In this document: in pieces, positions 39,817 through 51,539 of the stretch | Layout: every line of letters starts with the position of its first letter | How positions within the stretch are numbered: position 1 is the stretch's first letter | Assembly: GCA_951406725.2 (NCBI GenBank) | Contig: OX597827.1 | Location: forward strand, 4,774,001-4,838,000 | Source of the DNA: Octopus vulgaris | Lineage: Eukaryota | Length of the DNA: 64,000 bases | Reading direction: 5' to 3' | Position numbers and translations under genes: made by a program | The notes under the pieces: generated by a model | What the model was told of the DNA's origin: nothing | What the model saw: the letters and a program-made list of their open reading frames with translations, nothing else | Database searches by the model: none

Positions 39817-40135
39817 TGTATGTATGTATGTATGTATGTATGTGTGTGTGTATGTATGTATGTATGTATGTATGTATGTATGTATGTATGTATGTATGTA
39901 TGTATGTATGTATGTATGTATGTATGTATGTAGGTATGCATGTATGTATGTATGTGTGTATGTATGTAGGTATGTATGTATGTATGTATGTATGTATGAA
40001 TGTATGTATGTATGTATGCATGTATGTCTGTCTGTCTGTATGTATGTCTGTCTGTATGTATGTATGTATGTATGTATGTATGTACGTATGTATGTATGTA
40101 TGAATGTATGTACGTATGTACGTATGTACGTGCAT
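38858..40135. repeat. (TATG)n tetranucleotide microsatellite, ~1.27 kb
   Basis: Directly visible. Pure at the left end and progressively degenerate to the right. Explains the MYVC/HTYI ORFs. Confidence 0.98.
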
Positions 40136-40265
40136 ACATCTGTGTGCCTGTGGTCGTGGGGATGTTTGCATGTATGTATATATTCAGTTTACCACCCTTC
40201 TTTGCCATTTTGATTATTAAGAATGACACAAACATAGAAAGTGTCATCTACTGCAAACCAATGGA

Positions 40266-40640
40266 CTCTGTGGCTGTTTAGTAAAAAGCTTGCTTCTGAA
40301 CCACAGTATCCCAGGTTCAGTCTCACTGCATAGCACCCTGCCAAGTGTCTTCTACTATAGCTTCCGGCTGACCAAAGCCTTATCAGCAGATTTGGTAGAT
40401 GGAAACTGAAAAGAAACCTGTTACATGTGTGTGTGTGTGTCTTTGTTTGTTCCCCCTCCACTTGACAACTGGAGTTAGTATGTTTACATCCTCATAACTT
40501 AGTGGTTCAGCAAAAGAGACTGATAGAATAAGTGCCAGGCTTAAAAAAAAGAAAGTACTGAGTTGATTCATTCAGCTAAAAATTCTTCAAGAGCGTGCCT
40601 CAGCATGACCACAGTCTAATGGCTGAAACAAGTGGAAAAG
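40266..40640 (+). mobile_element. SINE family B, diverged
   Basis: gtggctgtttagtaaaaagcttgc...ggttcagtctcactgc...ggctgaaacaagt. Confidence 0.75.
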
Positions 40641-41274
40641 ATGCATGTATATGCACACACACACACACACACACACAAACACGCCAAGGAATTCTCTTGG
40701 TTTCAAATATCTGACTTACAAACAGCCACAATATACTTTGCATTCTACTATAAAGGCAGTTATATTAAAAAAAAAAAAAAATTTTCAGTTACTTGAAATG
40801 GTTGGTAGTAATTAATGAGAAGGTTACTTTGCAAAGCACATCAAAATATTGCAAGTTTTCAGCAATTTGTTGAATCAAAGAAGGAAATTGTTGTGCCATT
40901 GCCAGTTTAAGTCAGATCATGTAAACACTGTGTTGTACGTGTTATTGGTGTTATTTGGTTTTAGATTTTTGCTTTCTTTTGTTCACCCTCATAACTATAA
41001 CTCCAAAGAGTAAATTCAATGCAAGCGAAGGTGATGCATCAAAGAAAAGGAAAAATGATCACGATTAGTATTAAATTGGAAATATTAGAGTAGTAAGGGA
41101 GATGTGAAACAACAATGAACATACCTACACACATGCAGTCTCTCTCACTTCCCTCTCTTTCAGTTATAAATATTCAACTTATATTTATTATTATAGTTGT
41201 TATCATTTTTATTATTTGAAATCATCATCATCATCATCAGTAGTAGTAGTAGTAGTAATAGTAGTAGTAGTAGT

Positions 41275-41430
41275 CAGTGGGTTGGGAGAATCACTAGAAC
41301 ATTGGAAGATATACATTGCAGTATTTTTCCCTAATGCTCTTTGAGTTCAAATTCACCAAGGTCAAATTTACACCCTCCCCCAAAATTTCAGGCCTTGCAC
41401 CTGTAGTAGAAAGGATTATCATTATTATTA

Positions 41431-41471
<41 letters not shown>

Positions 41472-42123
41472 GGTTTGGCCTTGTGCCAAAATTTGAAATC
41501 ATAGTTATTATTATCATTGAGTGAGAGAGCAGTTCATGCCATCAAAGTGACACTGGGGTAAAATATACGAAGCCCAATATACCCATCATGACTACCCGTC
41601 TGATAAGGGTACACCAGGCACATGCATCACAACCATATGTGCGCGACATGGTGATCTCATATCAAGATAAACAGCACATGACCTTGCAGGTGGGGCCCAG
41701 TTAGAATTTTCTTCATTTTGAGTAGCCCATCCTGCTCAAACGGTCCCTGAATAAAGGTTGTTTAAGGATGTTGAAAGAACCACCCATGTTTCCAGAGGTG
41801 AACTATTCAAACCCCAAAGAATCCCTCTCAACACATGGCTATGATGCTCCCCCACTACTTCTGCTCGTGATCAGAGATGCACATATCGTCAGCCACTAAG
41901 GGACATGCTCAACTGGTTAAGGTCAAACAACTGACAAGCAAATCTGTGGTATTGAGCAGAATATTTGCTGTAGCCCATCTTTTATACCAAGACAAAACAA
42001 TGTACATGATAACACTTCCAATCAGTTAAGATCAGAAGCCATGAGAGCCACTGCCTGGTACTGCATCAGGGCATTTACTGCATCAGGGCATTTACTGCAT
42101 CAGGGCATTTATTATTATTATTG

Positions 42124-42185
<62 letters not shown>

Positions 42186-42220
42186 GTTATTATTATTATT
42201 ATCATTCAGTAGTTTTATTT

Positions 42221-42287
<67 letters not shown>

Positions 42288-42539
42288 GACAGGGAGCTGG
42301 CAGAATCGTTAGCACACCAGTCAAAATGCTTAGCAGTATTTCATCTGCTGCTATGTTCTGAGTTCAAATTTTGTCCAGGTCGACTTTGCCTTTCATCCTT
42401 TCCGGGTTGATAAATTAAGTACCAGTTTAGTATTGGGGGTCGATGTAATTGACTTACTCCCTCCCCACAAATTTCAGGAACTTGTGGCTATAGTAGAAAG
42501 GATTATTATTATTATTATTATCATTATTATTATTATTAC

Positions 42540-42602
<63 letters not shown>

Positions 42603-43280
42603 GGCAGCGAGCTGGCAGAATTGTTAGCATGCTGGACGAAATGCTTAGTGGTATTTCACCCATTGCTGTGTTCTGAGTTCAGATGTTGACTTTCAACCTT
42701 TCAGGGTCAATATATTAAGTACCAGTGAAACACTGAGGTCAATGTAATTGACTAGTCCCCTCCTCTGAAATCGCTGCCCTTGTGGCAAAATTTGAAACCA
42801 ATATCATTATTATTATTGTTATTATTATTAAGGCTGTGAAATGGCAAAATTGTTTGTACGTTGGGTAAAATGGTAAGTGGTTTTGTGGCTGTCTTAATGT
42901 TTTGTGTTCAGATTCTGTCAAGGTTGACTTTGCCTTTCATCCCTTCAGGATTGATAAAATAGGCACCATTTCAGCACTGGGGGATCTATGAAATCAACTT
43001 TCCCCACCCCCAAAATTATTGGCCTTGTGCCAGAATTTGAAACCATTATTATTATCACTAAGGCAGAATTGATAGCAAGCCGGGCAAAATGTATAGCAGT
43101 ATTTCGCCCATCTTTTACATTCTGAGCTCAAATTCCATCAAGGTCAAGTTTGTCTTTCATCATCCTTTTGGAGTTGATGAAATAAGTAACAGTTGAGCAG
43201 TAGATTTGATGTAATCAGCTTACTTCCTTCCCACAAGGTTTTAGGCTTTGTGCCTGTAGTAGAAAGGATTATTATTATTA
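41275..43280 (+). mobile_element. Nested retroposon stack: about five family C-variant SINEs plus a family D element, interleaved with (ATT)n
   Basis: Units start near 41275, 42288, 42602, 42831 and 43060, each followed by att runs. Confidence 0.75.
41519..42110. mobile_element. ~590-bp non-coding interspersed element, family D, embedded in (ATT)n
   Basis: Homologous copies at 26836-27355 (opposite orientation) and 45741-46300. All three are bounded by att/taa or cat/gat triplet runs. Confidence 0.8.
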
Positions 43281-43451
43281 TGTAATTGTTCGACATTTGG
43301 TAGTTTAAGGCAAATTTCTACTGCATCACCTGTTACACCTCCGTATTATTGGGGCATGTGTGATATTGTGTTTCCTTTTCTGTTGTTGGGAGTGGACAAA
43401 CACTTCCTGGTATTGTATTGTGTTAGTTCTTTTTGTTTTATCATCATCATC

Positions 43452-43620
43452 ATCCTGTGCACATAAGCGAAGACAGGGTATTGTAATCACTTGTCTTAGT
43501 CTGTTTGTCTGTGTGTTTGCAAAATTATTAGAAAATGGTTGAACAGATTTTCACCAAATTTGGCAGAAATGCTCATTGGGTGAGTGGCTTGAAATGATGC
43601 AAAATTTGTTTCATTATCTT
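43452..43620 (+). mobile_element. Helentron/HINE-like fragment
   Basis: cctgt...acagggtattgtaatcac followed by tgtttgtctgtgtgtttgcaaa and gattttcaccaaatttgg, a typical HINE/DINE-like core layout. Confidence 0.4.
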
Positions 43621-43624
43621 CAAA

Positions 43625-44059
43625 ACATACATAAATACATACATAGATATGCAACTCTGTGTGTATGTGTGTGTGTGTGTGTACAGGGATAAATTCAAGG
43701 GTTTCATTTATTTACGAGTTGATTCCTTAATTTCACTGGAGTAAGAATACTTTATAACAGTGATACTTAAGAAAAAAAAATGAACGTACAAGTTTCCCAA
43801 TAAGCAAGTGATCATATTATTTATATCCTACAATGAACTACAGTACAGTTGATTCACTTGCCATCATTGAAAGACATTCAAAACACCACTCAAATTCTAA
43901 GCAATATTTTCTATAAGTAGTTCATTTTGTTCATTGTTTTTTTTTCATACGAATCAACCCTCATTTGTGTGTGTATATAAATCATGGTGTATCTGTGTGG
44001 GTACATACATACATGCATTCATAAATACATACATAGATATGTGACTCTGTGTGTGTGTG

Positions 44060-44116
<57 letters not shown>

Positions 44117-44265
44117 ATGTGTGTGTACAGTGATGGATCTGAGAGTTCCATTTATCTACGAGATGATTTCTTAATTTCACTGGAGTATAAATACCTATAA
44201 TGTTGATACTTAAAAAAAAAATCTATTTTAAAAATTGAACTTATGAATTTCCTGAGAAGCAAATT
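43625..44265. repeat. Old direct duplication (~390-bp spacing) containing (TG)n
   Basis: cataaatacatacatagatatg..actctgtgtg(tg)n..gtacag...catttat.tacgag.tgatt.cttaatttcactggagta at ~43630-43770 and ~44020-44215. Confidence 0.75.
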
Positions 44266-44409
44266 TAGTCAAACACTTAGAAAACTTAATTCAGTTCAAT
44301 TAAAAAGTAAGCCACAGTGTAATTTGCGAAACATTTTTATTTGCATGCAGGGCATGCGTTGGCCCGCTGATGCCTTTGTTTCATTATTATTAGCATCATT
44401 ATTATTATT

Positions 44410-44849
44410 AAGGTAGCAAGCTGGTTGAGCTATTAGCATGTTAAGCAAAGTGCTTAGCAGCATTTCATGTCTTTACATTCTGAGTTCAAATGCAGCTGAT
44501 GTCAACTTTGCCTTCCATCCTTTTGGGGTGGATAAAATAAGTACCAGTTTATCATAAGGGTCAATATAATTGGTTCACTCACTTCTCCAAAATTGCTGCC
44601 AAAATTTGAAACCATCATTATTACTATTATTAACAAAATAACATGCTGGCTGAGCCATTAGCATGCCAAGCAAAATCCTTTGTGGCATTTCACTCATCTT
44701 TACATTCTGAGTTCAAATTCTGCCAAGGTGAGTTTTATCTTTTATCCTTTTGGGGTTAATGAAATAAGTACCAGTTGAGAATTGGTGTTGATATAATTGA
44801 CTTACCCACTCCCTCAAAATTGCTGGTCTTGTGCCAAAATTTGAAATCA

Positions 44850-44895
<46 letters not shown>

Positions 44896-45720
44896 GAACA
44901 ATAGATTGACAGAATCGTTAGAGCATCAGAAGAAATATCTTGTAATATTTCTTCTAACTACTTTACTTTCTGAGTTCAATTCCCTCTGACGTAAACTTTG
45001 CTTTTCACCATTGCATGGTCAATGAAATAAAATTCCAGTCAGATTGTTGGGGTTGATTTAATCAACCCCCATTTTTTTTAATTACAGGCTTCATGCCTAA
45101 ATTAGGAACAATTAACCTCATCATTATTATTAGTCAATGGATTGGCAGAATCAGTAAACAGTTGAACAAAATGCGATACAGTATTTCTGCTGGCTCTTTA
45201 TGTTTTGAGTTCAGATTCTGCTCAGGTCAACTTTGACATTTATCCTTCAGGGTTGATAAAAAAAGTAGCAATTTAGTACTGGAGGTCAATGTCATTGACT
45301 AGCCCCATCCTCAAATATGCTGGCTTTTACCTAAATTAGCAACAATATTATAATGTGATGAGCTTCAAGTCTTGTTGTAGTCAACTTTGCCTTTCATCCT
45401 TTCTGTATATAGAAAGTATGAAGCAAGTACTAGGGTCAGTGGTCTCAACACCCAACTCCCACCACCTCTCATAATTATGGGGCCTTGCACCTAGAATAGA
45501 AACCAGTGTGTTGGCAGAATCATTAGCATGCTGAGTAAAACATTTAACAGTATTTTGTCTATCTTTATGTTCCAAGTTCAAATTCTACTGAGGTTGACTT
45601 TGCCATTCATCATTTTGGTATCATTAAAATAGATACCAGTCAAATACTGGGGTTGATATGATCAACAAGCTCCCTTCCTCAGAATTACAGGCCTTGTGTC
45701 CATAACAGAGAGGTTTATTA
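44410..45720 (+). mobile_element. Head-to-tail stack of about five to six diverged family C-variant SINEs
   Basis: Units start near 44410, 44640, 44900, 45135 and 45505, sharing ttctgagttcaa and tttgcc/tttcatcc motifs, with att spacers. Confidence 0.7.
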
Positions 45721-45740
45721 TTATTTATTACTATTATTAC

Positions 45741-46300
45741 TGAGTGAGAGAGAGCAATGCAAGCCATCGAAGTGACACTGGGGGACAAATATATGATACC
45801 CAATTAGGGCACACTATGTCTAATTAGGGTACACCACGCACATGCATCACAACCATATGTGCACAACATGGTGACCTTGTATTAACATGGTGACCTTATA
45901 ACAGCCCATGACCTTGCAGGTGAAGTCCAGTTAGAATTTTCTTCAAATTAGGTAGCCCATCCTGCTCAAAAGGTCCCTGAATAAGGGTTGTTTAAGGATG
46001 TTGGACAAAACACCCATGTTTCCAGAGGTGAATTATTCAAACCCCAAAGAATTCCTCTCAACACATGGCTATGATGCTCTCCGACTACTTCTGCTCATGA
46101 TCAGAGATGCACATATTGTCAGCCGCCAAGGGACATGCTCAACCAGATAAGGTCAAACAGCTGACAAGTAAATTTGTGGTATTGAACAAAATATTTGCTG
46201 TATCCCATCTTTTATACTATGACAAAACATGTACATGTTCACACTTTCAAGCAGTTAAGATCAGAAGCCATGAGAACCAGTGCCTGGTACTGCATAAGGA
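45741..46300. mobile_element. Family D element, diverged
   Basis: tgagtgagagagagcaatgcaagccatcgaagtgacactgggg...gatcagaagccatgagaaccagtgcctggtactgcat. Confidence 0.78.
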
Positions 46301-46319
46301 CATCATCATCATCATCATC

Positions 46320-46625
46320 ATCATCATTATTATTACTATTTTAATCTGCATGTTTGTTACAATCACTTGCCGAGACACACCCAGCATCCTAGAGCGAGTG
46401 AACAATAAGAGATGTTACAGTATAACTGAAAGCTTGGAGAGGGGAAGTGGCAGGGGCTGTAGCGAAATATGTTCATGTATTACAACACAGACATTTAAAT
46501 TGATAGTGTTTTTCTAAGCATGTGGGCAGTATTTGTCTGCACAATCTTTTGGATTTCTCTCTGACACAGTTCTCCTGGGATATTACGTAGGTGTTTCTGT
46601 CATCCCTTTCTTATAATACCTATTT
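46320..46625 (-). mobile_element. R4/Dong-type LINE 3' end
   Basis: Minus strand KHLRNIPGELCQREIQKIVQTNTAHMLRKTLSI*, then a 3' UTR and taa/tga triplet tail. Flanked by att runs. Confidence 0.65.
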
Positions 46626-46670
46626 GATTATTATTATTATCATCATCATCATTATTATTGTTGTTTATGA

Positions 46671-46885
46671 AGGTGGCAAACTGGCAGAATCGTTAGCATA
46701 CTGTACAAAATGCTTAGTGGCAATTTGTCTGCCTTTACATTCTGAGTTCAAATTCTGCCAAGATTGACTTTGCCTTTCATTCTTCCAGAAACAATAAAAT
46801 AAGTAGCATTTGAGTACAGAAGTCAATGTACTCGACTACCCAGTTCCCTAAAATTCCTGGCCTTGTGCCTATAGTAGAAAGGATT
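46671..46885 (+). mobile_element. Family C-variant SINE
   Basis: aggtggcaaactggcagaatcgttagca...ggccttgtgcctatagtagaaaggattattatt. Confidence 0.75.
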
Positions 46886-47963
46886 ATTATTGTTATTGTT
46901 GTTGTTGCCATTTATGATTTAACCCTTTAGCATTCAAATTAATATGTCATAAGTAATCCTTATTCATTTATATTTAAAAAAATTAATCTGGTATTATCTT
47001 GTAGCTTCAAGATTTGAAAGATGTAATTGTTTATTTTTAGAATGACATTGCAGGGTAGGTGTGAGATACTGGTTCTGGCCAGTTTGAGCATAAAATGAGT
47101 AGAATATTTGGGCCAGATATAACCGGTTTAAACAAAGACAAACACTTGACTAAAAGATGATAGATATGAACCTTCCATAATGGTTCCAATTTGCATACAA
47201 ATTTAGACAGATCTAAGACTGTCTATGTGAAATATAATATATGTTCATATACACATATTATGTGTGTATAGCTATGTTTGTGTGTGTGTGTGTATGTGTG
47301 TGAAAAGAAGAAATGTTAAAATGACACATACCTTTGAATTTATGATTTTTCTCACTTTGTCTATATTTTGTCTTTCAGTTGGTTGAGTACAGGAACTTTC
47401 AGGTATATCCAAGTTTATTGTTTGTTTAGCAGAAGAATTTATATTCATTGTCTCACTATTTTGCAATAAGTGTCTTTGAAGATTTGTTATTGAACTATAT
47501 ATGTGTTGTGTGTGTTGTTTATGTTTGTGTGCATATATGTATGCGTACGCATGTATATATGTATATTCTGGGAGAAATAGATTTAGAATACTATATTCAT
47601 TGCTTTGTATTTACTTGTGTTGATCACGTGAAAAATCCATCACTTTAATTATGGTAAATATAGAAGTTTGGTTTTTATCAAATTCTCTTGTATTGTGATT
47701 CATTGAAATTGTACATAAGTATGTTCGGATTTATGATTTTAGAGTTTTATTAAATTCAGTATTATGGCATCCAAGTGGTTTTATCTTATTGAAAATTCTG
47801 GGTGTCATTATTCTCGTTTGATCAACAAACTCTTTCTTGATATTTTTGAAGCATTATGGTTTTAAAATTAGTTTTCAATAAAGTTGATTGTATGCAAATT
47901 CTTCATTTTGAAATATTACAAGAATTCACAAAACATTTCTCCAGAAGTTGTAATGTAGCACAT

Positions 47964-48187
47964 TTATGAAAATGGAACTTTTGGTAGAGGTTTGTTATAT
48001 GCTGTAAAACTGTTTCTTGTTGGCAAATTCCAAGGAAGAGGTTGGTTAAGATTAGCTTTATTGTCTACTTGTGTTGACTTTAAGTTTATAATATTTGTGG
48101 TTTTAGAATCCTTAGCTCTGCTGATAGAATATGGCAAAGACTTATTGCTTCGAGCATACATTTGTTCTTGGATGTAAGTTTTAAGGC
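47964..48187 (-). CDS. Protocadherin, terminal coding exon (GLKTYIQEQMYAR...PWNLPTRNSFTAYNKPLPKVPFS*)
   Basis: Strong polypyrimidine acceptor tttcttattcttcctttctctgctgcag|GC. Phase 1 joins exon 2 in frame (G+GC = Gly) and runs into ORF 47964-48161. Total CDS 2397+178+224 = 2799 nt. AATAAA hexamers downstream on the minus strand near 47746-47751 and 47414-47419. Confidence 0.87.
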
Positions 48188-48335
48188 CTGCAGCAGAGAA
48201 AGGAAGAATAAGAAAGATGAAAAGAAATGTTAACTATAATTTTTAACTGTTTTCACTATTTTTATCAGAGAAAATAAATTTGCTATTAAACACGTTATTA
48301 GCTGTGAATATTTTCGAAATAGTGCAATATATTTC

Positions 48336-48340
48336 AGAGA

Positions 48341-48374
<34 letters not shown>

Positions 48375-48410
48375 TAGAGATAGTGTGTGTGTGTGAGAGA
48401 GAGAGTGTGT

Positions 48411-48446
<36 letters not shown>

Positions 48447-48450
48447 GAGA
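48336..48450. repeat. (GA)n/(GT)n compound microsatellite, ~150 nt upstream of the last-exon acceptor
   Basis: Directly visible. Reads as a CT-rich tract in the pre-mRNA. Confidence 0.9.
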
Positions 48451-48976
48451 AGCTGAGATTTGATAAATGGAGAGACAAACTGATGGATAGAGAATTGTTA
48501 CTTCTTTTAATAACGGTATGCTATGATTGTATAGCTTTACTATAGGCTAGAGTTGTACATGAGACAGCAAGGCCTAGGGTGGTATTCCCAGTTCATCAGT
48601 AATCAGTGACTTAAAGTTCATTAATAGGTCATATCCCTGGTGATGTGAAAAGTTGTCTTTCTTTTTTTTGCAGGACACTGCAGCTGTGTGAGTGTATGCA
48701 GTTTCCCACAGAGGTTGAGTTAACAATTACAAACTCTAGACGAATGAGTAGCTAGCAGTATCCATCAATAGGGAAACTGAACTATCCTTTTGTTGCCACC
48801 AGAGCTATGGCTTATTAATGAACTTATTAATGAACTTCTTGCCACTGGTGATAACTTGGAAATATCACCCTAGGCTTTGGTGGCCCATGCAGAATTGCAG
48901 AGTATATACTTCCTGTTGTCTCTAGTGAGATTATTACCTATCCGGCATACTGTAATTGTCACATGCTATATCTAAA

Positions 48977-49206
48977 GGTGGCGAGCTGGCAGAAACGTTA
49001 GCACGCTGGGTGAAATGCATTGCCGTATTTCGTCTGTCGTTACGTTCCGAGTTCAAATTCCACCGAGGTCGACTTTGCCTTTCATCCTTCCGGGGTCGAT
49101 AAATTAAGTACCAGTTACGCACTGGGGTCGATTTAATTGACTTAATCCGTTTGTCTGTCTTTGTTTGTCTCCTCTGTGTTTAGCCCCTTGTGGGTAGTAA
49201 AGAAAT
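48977..49206 (+). mobile_element. SINE family C, in protocadherin intron 2
   Basis: Full-length copy. tatatctaaag occurs on both flanks (TSD-like). Confidence 0.85.
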
Positions 49207-49510
49207 ATATATCTAAAGCAAGCTATATCTGGCTATGTCTAAAGTAAGAAGTCATGGAAACAGTAAAGTAATCTGAAATCATCAAATTGTTTTACATTTC
49301 CACATCGTAATTGTTGATGCTGAAATGTCACACCCTACAGAACACCAAAACACTGATACCAACAGTCCTGTCTGCTCTGCAAAGGTGAGCATGTAATAAA
49401 AAAAACTGTTGTTGTCAGCTAGCTGAGCACCCACATGAATTGATCAATAATGGTGTGGCTATTCTCACTTACTGACTAACTTTCTTTTAAAATCTGTCCA
49501 TCCTAACTTC

Positions 49511-49771
49511 ACAGCATATATTTTAATGAGCTACTAATAGTTTCATGCAGTGAAAAGTATTTTATAACATGTCTGGTGCCTTCATGCAATCCTGAGGCTC
49601 TGCCCACATAGCATCACAACTTAAAACAGGACAATAGGATATGTTTTAACTTGTTATGTCATGTGGGCAGAACCCAAGGATTGCATGAAGGCATCAGATG
49701 TGTTATAAAATGCTGTCTGAGTTGCTTTTCTTTGCATGAAATTATTTGTAGCTCATAGAAATATATACTGT
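49511..49771. mobile_element. Fold-back MITE (~120-bp imperfect arms)
   Basis: Left arm ...tttataacatgtctggtgccttcatgcaatcct...ctgcccacat...ttaaaaca is mirrored by tgttttaa...atgtgggcag...aggattgcatgaaggcatcagatgtgttataaaa around a short loop at ~49629-49641. Confidence 0.75.
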
Positions 49772-49821
49772 ATTTATTAAATATTTATCTCTCATCAGAT
49801 GGAGTACTTTTTTGTTGATCT

Positions 49822-49863
<42 letters not shown>

Positions 49864-49866
<3 letters not shown>

Positions 49867-51490
49867 TACTGTGCAAAAAGTCTTCGACCACTTTAAACTA
49901 TTAGAAATTTCTACTAACTGCCAACTTATAAGTGGATGTTTTGCATTTCATTTTTTACACATGAAACATCGGCCCTATTGGAGGTATTTCCATACCTAAT
50001 TATTATATTTTGTCGTAAGGGTTCAGAATGAGAAGGGAAGATGTAAGAGACCACTAAAAATGGCTGTACAAAAGTTTTCGGCCACCTCACATAAACCAGT
50101 CATGATGCAGTGTTTTAAAGCATGAAAAATGTCTAAAATGAAAGTTTATTCCATAATGTTCATTTCAAGAAGTTACTGTATATTGTTGATATTTCGTGTG
50201 GCTTCCCTTAGTTTAAATGATTGCTTCAATGTGCCTGGGAAGAGATGAGTACAAATCCTTCACCATCTTCACAAGTATTGAGATGCCATTCTCTGTACCT
50301 GTGCTCCCACAACTCTTCAAGATTGTGTGGATTCTTCTGACAAACTCTTCTCTTTAGTTCTGTCCACATTTGCTCAATGATATTTAAGTCAGGGCTCTGA
50401 GCTGGCCAATCTTTCAATATGGCAACACCTTCACCAGCCAGACACTGTTGTGTTGCACATGATCTGTGGCATGGAGCACCATCATGCTGAAAGATCTCAC
50501 CTTCATCTAAATCTGGTATCAAATTGTCCTTCAGCAACTGGATGTATTTGACACAAGTCAAATTACCAACAGTTTTAACCAACTTTTTTGAACCATCACT
50601 TTTTATGTGTCCCCAAAGCATCAGACTCTTACCCCCCAAACTTCACTGTTTTTGTTGTGTAATGTGGGTCATATTGCTTAGAAAACAAAACAACCCACGT
50701 TACACAATGAAATCAGTGAAGTTAGTGGGTGAGAGTCTGATGCTTTGGGGATACATAAAAAGCACTGGTTCAAGGAAGTTGGTTAAAATTGATGGTAATT
50801 TGACTAGTGCCAAATACATCCAGTTGCTGAAGGACAATTTGATGCCAGACTTGGATGAAGGTGAGATCTTTCAGCCTGACAGGGTTCAATGCCACAGATC
50901 AGGTGCAACACAACAGTGTCTGGCTGATGAAGGAGCTACCGGATTGAAAGAATGGCCAGCTCAGAGCCATGACTTAAATATCATTGAGCAAATGTGGACA
51001 GAACTAAAGAGAAGAGTTTGTCAGAAGAATCCACGCAATCTTGAAGAGTTGCAGGAGCTCAGCCACAGAGAATAGCATCTCATACCTGTGAAGATGGTGA
51101 AGGAATTGTACACATCTCTTCTCAGGTACATTGAAGCAATTATTCAAGCTAAGGGAAGCCACACGAAATATCAACAATATACAGTAACTTCTTCAAATGG
51201 AAATTGTGTAATAAATTTTCATTTTAGACATTTTTCTGTTTTAAAACACTGTATCTTGATTGGTTTATGTGAAGTGGCTGAAAACTTTTGCACAGCCATT
51301 TTTGGTAGTCATCTTGCATCTTCCCATCTTATTCAAAACCCCTAGTACGTAATATAATGATTAGGTAAGGAAATAGCAGGACCAATGTTTCATCTGTAAA
51401 AAAAAGCCGTGCAAAACATTCACTTATAAATTGGCAATTTGTAGAAATTTACAATAGTTCAAAGTGGTCAAAGATTTTTGTATAGTACTG
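49864..51490. mobile_element. Giant palindromic Tc1-like element: two head-to-head 3' halves with IR/DR-type ends
   Basis: Ends tactgtgcaaaaagtcttcgaccacttt and aaagtggtcaaagatttttgtatagta are inverted. ORFs 50226-50639 (-) and 50524-51075 (+) encode the same transposase C-terminal region (LMLWG..., FQHDGAPCHRS...WPAQSPDLNIIE). Symmetry centre at ~50671-50691. Confidence 0.92.
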
Positions 51491-51539
51491 CATATCAAGT
51501 GTGAGTGTGAGTGTTCAAGCACACACACATAAATAAAAA

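Noticed and set aside
38821-40281. Long ORFs of 318-461 aa (MYVC/HTYI repeats)
   Set aside because: Artefacts of the stop-free (TATG)n microsatellite.
48005-48040. WIRS (WAVE-complex-binding) motif in RNSFTA
   Set aside because: The position two residues before Ser is Arg rather than a bulky hydrophobic residue, so it does not fit the consensus.
50226-51075. Active Tc1 transposase gene
   Set aside because: Both arms lack the N-terminal DNA-binding domain and the first catalytic Asp, and have a stop or frameshift near the C-terminus.
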